Shown here piece by piece: positions 57,901 through 64,000 of a DNA stretch of 64,000 nucleotides (position 1 is the stretch's first letter; the number at the start of each line of letters is the position of its first letter). This DNA comes from a virus. Both the position numbers and the translations under genes were made by a program. Under the pieces are notes generated by a model. It was given only the letters and a program-made list of their open reading frames with translations, was not told the origin of the DNA and did no database searches. The DNA lies in IMG/VR virus record IMGVR_UViG_3300031539_000002; one strand, written 5' to 3'.

Positions 57901-58297
57901 CGCGAAGGAATTCGCGTGGCGTTACGCTCAGGACCACCCCGATGAGGGGGAGGTCGACATCGACAAATTAGAAGAGGCTCACAAGGGAGTGGGTAAGGAT
58001 TGGAAGATCCGGCAGTACTTCCAACAGCTCGGTGACAAGGAAGTCCAAGCCAAGTACGACCCTGAGGTCCAGAAGCTCATGCAGGACACGCATGAGGAGA
58101 TGGGCGACTTGGTGCAGCACTACGTCGACGAGTACCGGAAGCGCAATGGCCAACAGCGCAAGATGGGGAGCCGCGTGGCCCAAGCGTGGCTCGAGAAGGA
58201 ACGTCCCGTTCGCATGGCGAATGACTGGTTGGCACACGTCCGTTCGTTCCATCCAGACGACCCAAAACGTCCGATTGTCGTGCTCGACGCGGCTTGA
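48920..58297 (+). CDS. 3125-aa polyvalent protein: ART x2, ParB-like x2, Ntn hydrolase, DUF5661-like, topoisomerase IB, Cys-rich domain, GNAT, coiled coil, zincin
   Basis: FRG/SSFT/EVE; GFY..NPL..GYDG..EIVV; IEDGHHR and IVDGSHR; CII..KNRDR; ERVG/GKSG/KDIR/VGH/QYL; KGQG...WYRSMGF; HEMTH. Confidence 0.88.
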   Translation: MNALVARVAARHMAAQDDFSVGDEVLFGKYKNKRGKIVRLFEDERGIPSVEIEPIPKGRKQNRVIGLYKIWKGDHRKQAAYSKEFLEFVQGRRFQNPDTGNQVLFQSLEVPEQVKIYQQWGAAQNAQEEKPEGRERHEPGRLPPAWNRDSDMARKVEKLAEEYATEYEDFFDGMRQVSVEDERYRGAEFAGEAVMLREWDRHIPGYVRLPPSSTLEAMSDEDRRIALTSWDAGVKFMDEVLGDGERLSLLETMKPSGEGGSLGSPGEGWIDSTHSPGAQRLQGALRELGIETHLPSRGIEDHAKWRDEGASNDLLKSALTKAMAWQRAYFAAMGVEDVMLFRGASLGDEVARQQEPHPTDKQQKYLPQGIPVTLQSRQELSSFTMDPYVAYNFTHRNRSPGESDESYESRAGNSLRGAVAYRVPVDRIVLSPAAIPQLGPATPKIKEGYREVEFIVGGIGELEGRTLPSLDAGYGAGRYDPEKMKLATKITIEMSDEDEDAWHKSVRRENKGDRRKQAAYSKEFLDSVQGQRFRNPDTGNKVVFKSLSEAEQRKIHERWEARHRSQDASGPTVTERGRTFETGKPVAFEFLRNTEKAPKAPSDSDPYQQKIEPAGFYVTHKDTDGDPLPGYDTGTISFQNPLVLAVNTNPDGPIYDENSWKAQLERQYGKRGKALTKALQADGYDGIVTVTQVRGKPYTSEIVVLDSEKSVQKGDDRKRRAQEIAGMGYEAAAQLDNDELDSVAFGVKQGVQDLRIDQLKVKYDADLEQAEHAVSREPDRWKEHLDEPIEVRFKDGEFHIEDGHHRYVTAQRMGRDSVKVDLTIDDNPVKKIFEMAGKKMASFHREACIIAGRRFGDSLCLIKNRDRAYDAELEIVHLEKDGTEMAVILDTVTGYMEGVNEHGIAVVNTTLMVVRDEAEGKKKSPNGDKGKKPLTSKDGPKIYRALACDNIEDALESLRTDDNGIRGHTFVADGNKLFSIECSKTHPARVTELDPDRVNTRTNHGVSYPDAGYTHGEDYVSSVVRRWEAQKRLQDIKRPEAAAVALIEAIDEADSPFNPVRTTDKMRTTSQLTIDTTNPRLLLYLIPGHAKVVKRRNTLPDGRKPKIPVRVFKYRNKMEDRKKPVNKDAALIERVAARSLDKLPGGLADEKKPEDFDPEQIAKGTKVELEHTDDRAVAREVAMDHLTEDPKYYDKLETIEKHGARYKSKKKVKTKDGDEMTVYEYSDRQIADRNRGKAERIEKLRKQMKKLQTKVRKDVNSKDEKTRDLALAVGLMDETFERVGNDGSAKEGHFGVTTWRVKHMTFGKGGVTITYVGKSGVDQKKKVTNPRIVSGLKDACKDKEPNACVLSVTASEVNEYLKPLDITAKDIRGFHANQKMKEELRKVRKGKLPEDPKEKEKKLKDEFKSALEATADAVGHEASTLRSQYLVPGLEDDYMRDGTVNESHTKKGSTLHTAALDGTPTERHILAHAQLAPVLVTANRRWWIQKAPNLYRIAREDERPRPHIEGVRFPPEVFTVLWYEDDDGNRYEMPEDGPEHPEGAKYQLSQFPNYLHDSMLQLNEDGTSTEIMSGQRGFPEDLVTSMVRSGEWDVGDAIMVGGTSCERCMNVLCNRYLGPEEGYPYDSEEYWQCGTRCAMCGHVDNTNERVVRQPRYASPSYDSYVQRKRREGGPVLSRDEWEAKVMGVEDDADETPEATREDWEARRNALMEEHGLDKFHSSYRPDEKHMTIDLISVPKENKGQGSASKAMKETLAWADSNGVTVTLSPTSEFGASKKRLEKWYRSMGFVPNKGRNKDFRFTDAMLREPQAKTATKSDAENEDEAVAKMLRKEPKLKPPRYDLRDNRTLDDDDPEDDLGGGDDGDRDMSMKWNKVASRVAFRWTAIGPRVPRPERVARLFLAEAPPKDKAQPKSGPSFEEWVKNQKFKHPETSNDVGFSSLPSDEQAKIREKWKGQQQPEDESGKDKGKGDEDAKRTKEDVQVDLNNARDEMRDLESQMGDIENEIKDLEAKLKGFKQYENLSGDAKKQIDEHVRDTQRAIGRKKDELEDKKEEFDEAKEKVKELRAERKDPGFAQAKRKEQARKQRAERVSRAVLKAQGDMQKLLGNEDTQIPGVLAKQIAKALNNLDESEVESFSIDFQDTLQKLMGMDSSSDEALELASQAAKFGDLHGLTDPGELAVRMAQLSYAQNVVANPMNIGGKPVGVTEMDSDKYAERARASYDQFQNLPSSLRTQAARQVTEALEGLDPETHRSQELNAILTGMNLAQVAATGDSLPGRPQPSKGMASVIQAMAEKGDVDALFTTSEDYFAEQARGKMEKSLDDMTPLEVAQLATQGDSNHGYAGMVKLIEEESTPDVMRAMMKDYLIQDILNDQWGDRAIRDTMQAAGLVDADDPEVRAGVVGEANERMKPRMEQMLEARERIAQAEKEGKKPDPEDEAIVAGVLDKEKGTGLREKAKAVLDTIKDKFKKVVISPASAVLQHFVNTGDRKVLEQETLPHPDEKAKAPRPKEERDEARGGESTAPKSKRERMIERVRLKAERVKLKAQRDKVKGDEKGKYDEKIKDLDGKIEGLSKEPESDESESEQPKSREDYRAKFDGSTWGDDDAGTEYHVGDLIHKAESKEVEEVPIADIEESLKNISADEPVGSPEFKERADKADLKYPVVLMRQEDGSLEIVDGSHRAWKARETKQPLKARILEPADLEDLEQVSDADREKWDENVESQDDEEHGPGDVWETEQGNWRAKNPDGVPKSFKDKDKAEIYAKGPDEKESEGSAEKPKGAPDEAEGKGQAEKDETAEGASEGASEGASEKPKQQRRAVKDEHFDRTQDAVDSVGAPIQESFTKLADDPAFLKMSPQERYTRLGETLKEAIPGARAIQVPGAGSNAPISITVPEEHRAPGVTSRQKIRLQPNSTGGEASGKGGHLGLGVKDLLEAKTPEEIKNATARVMGTMVHEMTHIYGHHGTNPDEFDDEDKKVRHIRYISDPGEMRAHAKEFAWRYAQDHPDEGEVDIDKLEEAHKGVGKDWKIRQYFQQLGDKEVQAKYDPEVQKLMQDTHEEMGDLVQHYVDEYRKRNGQQRKMGSRVAQAWLEKERPVRMANDWLAHVRSFHPDDPKRPIVVLDAA

Positions 58298-58309
58298 AGG
58301 TCGAAAAAC

Positions 58310-58491
58310 CTTCCTTAGAAACCTCCTTTGGCCCTCGGTCAAGGTTTCTAAGGAAGCAAACCATCCCTAGCAGGCCCTAAGTAGGTTTTCCGTCCTCAGA
58401 AGGTGCGGTTGAACTTCCTTGGAGGGGTCTAGGTGCTCAGACCTTCCCTGAGAACCTTGGTCGAGGTCTGACCGAGGGTGTCGGGGAAGGT
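58310..58491 (+). other. Structured intergenic element (inverted repeats; terminator or ncRNA candidate)
   Basis: Perfect 15-bp inverted repeat 58310-58324/58342-58356; second stem 58441-58448/58484-58491. Confidence 0.5.
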
Positions 58492-58519
58492 TTGTGAACT
58501 GAAAAGTGCGGATTATTCC

Positions 58520-58535
58520 GTTTTTCACCTTATAG
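58520..58535 (+). promoter_or_regulatory. Putative late promoter motif variant
   Basis: GTTTTTCACCTTATAG resembles GGTTTTCGCCTTATAG at 37169. Confidence 0.4.
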
Positions 58536-58611
58536 CGCGACCCAAATAGACGAAGGGCTGCCCCTCCTCTCGGAGGGTCTCTGTGCGCCCATTTTCGCCA
58601 GGAGAAATTCA

Positions 58612-59121
58612 ATGCCGGATCAGCTCACGAAACAAGGCGCCTTGCAGGTCTCGAGCGACCTCGACCGCCTCGCCACCCTCTTCCAATCTGAAACCGACAC
58701 TCTTGGGGTAACCGAGAAGATCGCCAAGGACTTCGCCCTTCGTTGCGACATCCTGGCCGATCATGTCGAGAAGAAGGCTGGAGTCGAGCGCGACGAGGAC
58801 GGCACCATCAAGGACCCCGACCTCAACAAGTACGCCTCTGCACTCTCCAAGCGGGCCCAGATGGACCCCACGAAGAACATCTCCATCGACCACGGCAGCG
58901 GTTTCAACCCCGCCGAGATCGGTGAGGAGCAGTCCAAGGCCCTTCTGCGCAATCAAGACGAGCCCTACATGGACGTCTTCAAGCAGGACGAGTTCGACCA
59001 GCTTCGTGAAGTTCAGCAGAACGGCATGTTCTCGAACGCGAAGTCGGCAGCCGCCGTCATCGCCAAAATGGCCAAGCTGCTCAGCGACAACAACATCAAG
59101 TTCCCTGTCGCCGTCGGCTAA
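58612..59121 (+). CDS. Hypothetical head-region protein
   Basis: 169 aa; AGGAG RBS. Confidence 0.72.
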   Translation: MPDQLTKQGALQVSSDLDRLATLFQSETDTLGVTEKIAKDFALRCDILADHVEKKAGVERDEDGTIKDPDLNKYASALSKRAQMDPTKNISIDHGSGFNPAEIGEEQSKALLRNQDEPYMDVFKQDEFDQLREVQQNGMFSNAKSAAAVIAKMAKLLSDNNIKFPVAVG

Positions 59122-59175
59122 CACCCCTGGCGGCTTTTCACGTTCCGGTTCTCGGAGCGTCGTCAAGCCGCCTTC

Positions 59176-60186
59176 ATGGGACGCCTCATGCCCAGTCTCT
59201 CCCTACAGCAGACCAGAACGTACATCGACAGGCTCGGTGATCTCGAAAACGAGCTCACCCGATCCTGTCGTGTCGCAGAGGTCATGTCCAAAGGCGCCGA
59301 CAAAGATCAGGCGGCCGCGGGCGGTCGTCTGAAAGACGCCTGCGACTCGGCGCGGGAGCACCTCAAGTACGTCGCGGAGGCGAAGACACGCCTGCTCGAG
59401 TTCGATGGGTTCCTGCATGCGCAAAGCCAGACCATCCGTGAGTCGCTCGATCGACCACACATGGTCTCGTTCATGAACGAGGTGGGCTCCAAACTGGGGC
59501 GCTCCATGGAAAGTCACGTCGAAGCCATCGTCAGCGGTGCCATCGACGCCCTTCGCAGAGTCGCCGGCTCCATCAAGGACATGCGCGATGCGAAGGCTGG
59601 TACCGAGGGCGACGCGTCCGCCAAGGGGAGTGCCAAAGCACTCGACAAGATCTGTGACGCTGCTGAGAAGGCCATTCGAGAAGGGGTCAAGGAGCGCAAA
59701 GCTGCTCCGGCACCTGCTCCTGAGGTCGAAGTTGAAGTCGAAGTCGAACTCGACGAGGAGACCGAAAAAATGGCAGCACATGGTTACAACCTGACAGCAG
59801 GCCTTCCTCCCGAGTTCTTGGAGAATATCCAGAAGAAAAAGGATGAAGCCAAGGGCAAGAAGGACGACGACAAAGAGGACGAGAAAGACGCGGGCAAGAA
59901 AGCCTACGTCCAAGTCCAATACCTGACGGCGGGCCTTCCTCCTGAGTTCCTGGAGAACATCCAGAAGAAAAAGGACGAAGCCAAGGGCAAGAAGGACGAC
60001 GACAAAGAGGACGAGAAAGACGCGGGCAAGAAAGCCCACGGCTACACCCTCACCGCCGACTCCTTGACCCCCGGCAATGAATCCAAAGGCCCCAAGGACG
60101 AGGGCGAAGAAGACGAGGGTTGGGTTCCGGGTCATCGCACCGATGGCAAGGACAAGAAGGCCCACGGCTACACGCTTACTGCGTAG
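59176..60186 (+). CDS. Hypothetical head-region protein with repeated C-terminal peptide units
   Basis: 336 aa; LTAGLPPEFLENIQKKKDEAKGKKDDDKEDEKDAGKKA twice and HGYxLTA three times. Confidence 0.72.
   Translation: MGRLMPSLSLQQTRTYIDRLGDLENELTRSCRVAEVMSKGADKDQAAAGGRLKDACDSAREHLKYVAEAKTRLLEFDGFLHAQSQTIRESLDRPHMVSFMNEVGSKLGRSMESHVEAIVSGAIDALRRVAGSIKDMRDAKAGTEGDASAKGSAKALDKICDAAEKAIREGVKERKAAPAPAPEVEVEVEVELDEETEKMAAHGYNLTAGLPPEFLENIQKKKDEAKGKKDDDKEDEKDAGKKAYVQVQYLTAGLPPEFLENIQKKKDEAKGKKDDDKEDEKDAGKKAHGYTLTADSLTPGNESKGPKDEGEEDEGWVPGHRTDGKDKKAHGYTLTA
59791..60036 (+). repeat. Direct repeat of 114 bp, period 132 bp
   Basis: Copies 59791-59904 and 59923-60036 encode identical peptides with a few synonymous changes. 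Confidence 0.9.
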
Positions 60187-60196
60187 GAGGATCTTG

Positions 60197-60820
60197 ATGG
60201 AGCGACGAGCAGACGAAGGTAACTGGCAAGCCCGTGGACAAGAGTTCCGCGTGGGTCAGACCGTGCAGCTCGTCAACGGGGGCGAGACGGATGTGGGGCG
60301 CGTCGTTGCGGTCTGGCCGGGCATCGGCATGTGTGACGTGCAGTTCCCACACACGAGCTACCGCTTCCCCGTCGAAGACCTCCAGATCATCAATCAAGGG
60401 GACGACCCCTTCATCGCTCCCATGCACGAGGACGTTCCGGGTGGCCCCGGCTCCGAAGGCGACGTGTCCGAAGGCGCTCCTGCCACCAACGTCATCGAGG
60501 GCGAAGTGCCCCGCATCGAACTCGTCCACGAGGTCGGCAAGACCGCCGAGGAAATGACGAGCCGCGTTGCTCAAGCTTTTGTGAAGAAGTCGCTCTACTG
60601 GCACGCCACCGATCGCAAATATCGGGTGAGCCGTGAAGAGCACGCGAACGGTCACTACAAGTGCCCGGCCAAGTCCTGCACAGGCCACCTGCGTCGCGCG
60701 AACTACAAGATGGAGGACGGCCGCATGGTCAAACTCCACGCCTGCCCCGAGTGCCTGTTCATGATCCGAGCTTCGGACATCATGGACGACCATTGCGCTT
60801 CGTCGAAGGGAGCTGCCTGA
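60197..60820 (+). CDS. Hypothetical protein: SH3-like N-domain and C-terminal zinc ribbon
   Basis: AGGAGG RBS; FRVGQTV...GRVVAVW; GKTAEEMTSRVAQAF linker; CPAKSC...CPEC. Confidence 0.7.
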   Translation: MERRADEGNWQARGQEFRVGQTVQLVNGGETDVGRVVAVWPGIGMCDVQFPHTSYRFPVEDLQIINQGDDPFIAPMHEDVPGGPGSEGDVSEGAPATNVIEGEVPRIELVHEVGKTAEEMTSRVAQAFVKKSLYWHATDRKYRVSREEHANGHYKCPAKSCTGHLRRANYKMEDGRMVKLHACPECLFMIRASDIMDDHCASSKGAA

Positions 60821-60821
60821 T

Positions 60822-62330
60822 ATGGCGTTCTCTAAGACCGCTCGAGCAGACGTGACGCAGCCTTCGTGGTCGATGGACCATTGGGGCAACTTCGTGCAGC
60901 AAGCGCGTGGGCGCGTTCGTACTGCTTCAGGTTCCCCGAACCTGGTGTCCCAGGCATCGGAGATCCTCCAAGAGAACTTCTCTCCCGAGAAGTACCTCCT
61001 GACGCACGCGACCATCGTGGCGTCGGTGGATACCGATGACGTGCAGAACGTCAAGCTCGGGAACATCAACGAGCTCGGTCGCAAGGTGAATCGCCGGTGG
61101 GCGAACTACCGCATCAAGCCGGGCTGCGACATCTACATCAACAACAACCACGACGCGTGGGACCGACCGGTGCTCCTCAAGAGCTACCGAACCTTCGTCG
61201 GCGCCCACAACTTCGTGGAGCACGTTCAGATCGAGGACCAGTCGAAGGGCCGCATCATCGATGCTGCTGCCCGCGACATCGGCGACTCGGTCTACGTGGA
61301 CATCCTCATCGCGACCAACCGCCGTCACTCGAGCCTGATTCGGGACATCGAAGCTGGCCGCATGAACACGATGAGCATGGGCTGCTCCGTCACGGAAACG
61401 ATCTGCACGAAGTGCGGGAACGTGGCCGCCGACGAGACGGAGATGTGCGAGCACGTCAAGTACGCCAAGGGGCAGTACGAGTACGACTCGTTGGGACGCA
61501 AGTACCGAGTGGCCGAACTCTGCGGCCATAGTGACATCGACCCCACAGGCGGCGTGACGTTCATCGAAGCGTCATGGGTCGCGGTCCCTGCTTTCCAGGG
61601 TGCCGTGATGCGCAACATCCTTGCGCCAGGCTCCATCAACTTGGATACGCGGAGTCAGATGCAGAAGGTGCTCTCAGAGCCCCCTTCGCAGTGGACTGCC
61701 GACGATGATCAAATGGCCAAGGCCGCTCGCACACTCGAAGTGACGTTCGATGAGAACTCCCTCGATGCTGTGCAGCTCGCCGAGCGCCGTCGCCTCCAGC
61801 GTATTGCTGAGATGCCCGCCATGCCTGAGATGCCCCCAATGGGTGCTCCGGGCGAAGGTGGCGCACCAGGCGGTGAAGAAGCTGACCCGATGAAGGATCT
61901 CGAGGACGAGATCGAGAAGTACGTCCTCGACAAGATCAAGAAGAAGATTCGGGACAAGATGGTTTCGGAGGAGGACGAGGACCAGGTTTCCGAAGAGGAA
62001 CTTGCCACGTCGTCCAACGAGAACATCAACCACCAAGCAGCCAAAGTCGCTGCACTGACGAACGGTACGAAGACCCTTCTTCGCATCGCTCGCTCTGACG
62101 TGGAGTTGCTCGACGGGATGGCCCGTCTCCAGCAAAGCCACGGCATCAAAGTTTCGAGAGAACTGTACAGGACCGCCCTCCGGGTCGGGTCTACCGACGG
62201 GCACCCCTCTCTCGAAAAGTACCTCGTGCAATGTGCCGAGGTGCTTGGTCACAACCCAAACACGGGAGAATCCAAGACCTTGGTGCGTCTTGGGCGAATC
62301 CTTTCAATGCGAAAGAAGACCCGGTTCTAG
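60822..62330 (+). CDS. Putative prohead (capsid maturation) protease with zinc-finger insertion
   Basis: NFVEH...GRIID, TMSMGC, CTKCGN..CEH and FIEASWVAVPA follow the HK97/assemblin-fold His...Ser...ExSxVxxPA pattern. Position between portal and scaffold. Confidence 0.7.
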   Translation: MAFSKTARADVTQPSWSMDHWGNFVQQARGRVRTASGSPNLVSQASEILQENFSPEKYLLTHATIVASVDTDDVQNVKLGNINELGRKVNRRWANYRIKPGCDIYINNNHDAWDRPVLLKSYRTFVGAHNFVEHVQIEDQSKGRIIDAAARDIGDSVYVDILIATNRRHSSLIRDIEAGRMNTMSMGCSVTETICTKCGNVAADETEMCEHVKYAKGQYEYDSLGRKYRVAELCGHSDIDPTGGVTFIEASWVAVPAFQGAVMRNILAPGSINLDTRSQMQKVLSEPPSQWTADDDQMAKAARTLEVTFDENSLDAVQLAERRRLQRIAEMPAMPEMPPMGAPGEGGAPGGEEADPMKDLEDEIEKYVLDKIKKKIRDKMVSEEDEDQVSEEELATSSNENINHQAAKVAALTNGTKTLLRIARSDVELLDGMARLQQSHGIKVSRELYRTALRVGSTDGHPSLEKYLVQCAEVLGHNPNTGESKTLVRLGRILSMRKKTRF

Positions 62331-62361
62331 CCAGAACACCAAGTCTCAGGAGAAAAAAATC

Positions 62362-63807
62362 ATGGCACGTCAACGACTCACCCGTAAGCTGGCCGAGCAA
62401 AGCAAAAAGGCCTCCCCTCCCCCACAGATCCCCGCGGTCGATCGCACTGAGGGCCCGAGCAATCCGGCCTACTACCCCGATCCCGACGCGGACAAGTATC
62501 AGAACGGCGACACCAGCTCGTGGGCAGAAGATCCCCACAAGCCGATGGAGCCCGAGAGCCCGCCCCCGGCCATGCCCGGTAACCTGACCACGGAGAAGCT
62601 GGATCACCCCGGCACCTCCGAGTTCAGCAAGAAGCCCGAAACCCCGGAGCAAGCTGCTGCCGAAGGTGGCGGCGGTGGCAAGTCGGCGTCCCTCAAGGAG
62701 CTCGCCGAGCAGCGCGCTACCCTGTGCGTCCGTCTCGCTTCTGCAATGCTGCCCAAGTCCTCGGCCCTCGAGATCGAGGAGCGCGCTGTCAGGCTCATGG
62801 ACCTTGACGACGCAAAGCTCAAGGCCGCAATGGAGACCTTCAACGTCCTCGCCGGCGAAGAGCCCGACGAGTTCGAAGAGGGCGAAGAGTCCGAAGGGAC
62901 CAAGGAGTTCGACGAAGAGAAGGAAGGCGGCAAGAAGGCTGCTCACGAACTCACCGCGCACTCGGCACGCATCGCGAAGATTGAGGGTGCGCTTGGTCGC
63001 ATCGTCAAGGCCATGGGCCACTTCTTCGGGATGGAAGAGGGCGACGAGGGCATGAGCGACAAGGAGCTCATGGCCTACCTCATGGCCGAGGACATGGACG
63101 GCGACGGCGTCGACCAGAACGAGCCCGACTACGGCTACGGCGGTGGCGGCGAGAAGTCCTCCATGGAAGAGGAAGTGGAAGAGGAAGAGGCCATGCTTCG
63201 CGCCATGCTCGAGGAGATGGACGAGGAAATGGCTGTCATGGCTTCGGCCGCGACCGAGACCACCGAGCCTCTCGCCAAGGGTGCGGACATCCAATCGGGT
63301 GAGGGCGGCAACGTCAATCCCGATCCCGCTCCCCACACTCCCGTCGTCGCTCAGAGCGACGGTGCCGAGAAGAAGGCCAACGAGGACCCCACCGACAACG
63401 ACATCGAGATCAGCGCCTCTGGTGCTGACCCGATGGGTCTGATGGACCTCACCGCTTCGGCCGACGACGAGCTGCTTGCTCTCTACGCCGATCTCGACCT
63501 GCCCAAGACGGCCGGTGAGGAAATGGAAGAGGCCGAGGAAGCCCCGGTCGACGACGAAGCCGGAACCGATGAGAAGGCCGAAGAGGACGACATCGAGTTC
63601 GGTGCCGACGACGAGAAGAAGGGTGGCAAGAAGGCCGCACCCGTCAAGCAACGTCCGCAGCCCAAGGCGGCTTCGGCCGGCGCTCGCACGCTCGGCAATG
63701 TTGCCGGGATGCCCAAGGCTGCACACGACGAGATCGCCGAGCTCGGCAAGATCTGGGACACCGCTCCCGACGTTGCGTCTGTGTTCGGACTCCCCAGCGG
63801 AAGCTGA
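62362..63807 (+). CDS. Putative scaffolding protein
   Basis: Very acidic, low-complexity protein after the protease; AGGAG RBS; many KKA/KTA/KSA motifs. Confidence 0.6.
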   Translation: MARQRLTRKLAEQSKKASPPPQIPAVDRTEGPSNPAYYPDPDADKYQNGDTSSWAEDPHKPMEPESPPPAMPGNLTTEKLDHPGTSEFSKKPETPEQAAAEGGGGGKSASLKELAEQRATLCVRLASAMLPKSSALEIEERAVRLMDLDDAKLKAAMETFNVLAGEEPDEFEEGEESEGTKEFDEEKEGGKKAAHELTAHSARIAKIEGALGRIVKAMGHFFGMEEGDEGMSDKELMAYLMAEDMDGDGVDQNEPDYGYGGGGEKSSMEEEVEEEEAMLRAMLEEMDEEMAVMASAATETTEPLAKGADIQSGEGGNVNPDPAPHTPVVAQSDGAEKKANEDPTDNDIEISASGADPMGLMDLTASADDELLALYADLDLPKTAGEEMEEAEEAPVDDEAGTDEKAEEDDIEFGADDEKKGGKKAAPVKQRPQPKAASAGARTLGNVAGMPKAAHDEIAELGKIWDTAPDVASVFGLPSGS

Positions 63808-63821
63808 TCAGAGAGTTCTCC

Positions 63822-63864
63822 AGGTCGAAGGGGCTTTTAGTTTCCCTATAAGCCCTTTCGACCT
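63822..63864 (+). terminator. Stem-loop after the scaffold gene
   Basis: AGGTCGAAGGGGCTT / AAGCCCTTTCGACCT, a 15-bp stem with one G-U and a 13-nt loop. No clear U-tract. Confidence 0.45.
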
Positions 63865-63997
63865 CGGTAAAGCCCCTATCTGGGGACCATATATGTGAAT
63901 GACGAGGTTTCGGGTCGGTAGCGTGAATTGATCTTATTCCGAGATCAGCCGACACGAACCCCATCACACTCAGCCAGTAAACAAGGAGCACAGCGAT

Positions 63998-64000
63998 ATG
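63998..64000 (+). CDS. Probable start codon of the next gene (candidate capsid or decoration protein)
   Basis: AAGGAG followed by ATG at the window edge; identity inferred from gene order only. Confidence 0.35.

Noticed and set aside
1-64000. Bacterial chromosome origin, suggested by recA, dnaX, dnaN, nusG and thyA
   Set aside because: The genes are divergent, packed on one strand and contiguous with terminase, portal and protease genes. There are no ribosomal or other housekeeping operons.
1-64000. Stop-codon recoding as in some large phages
   Set aside because: Conserved genes are full length in code 11 and end at TAG, TGA or TAA next to the following start.

Overview
This window is a GC-rich, almost entirely plus-strand segment of a large tailed dsDNA phage (jumbo/huge-phage-like), read in the standard code. 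It has three blocks. (i) 1-6000: the end of a block of probable internal-virion proteins built from short recurring modules. (ii) About 6200-33300: a DNA replication, recombination and nucleotide-metabolism block with bacterial-type machinery: class II RNR, ThyA, RecD2, SSB, RuvC, RecA, SbcD with a split SbcC, a PD-(D/E)XK nuclease, beta clamp, DnaX/HolA/HolB clamp loader, DnaG core, NusG and a tandem sigma-4 HTH protein. (iii) 33300-64000: virion and head-assembly genes, including Dps, terminase large subunit, portal, a putative prohead protease and a scaffold. The most notable signal lies between the portal and the protease. A 2H-phosphoesterase + CCA-type nucleotidyltransferase fusion is followed by a 3125-aa polyvalent protein with two ADP-ribosyltransferase-like domains, two ParB-like domains, an Ntn hydrolase, topoisomerase IB, a GNAT and a zincin. 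The domains are separated by [K/R]-x-A motifs and RVAxx[W/Y/F] helices that recur in the other head-region proteins. I infer a capsid-packaged, protease-processed polyprotein cargo system, probably for counter-defence or host takeover. All assignments come from reading motifs by eye; no searches were run, and domain boundaries are approximate.
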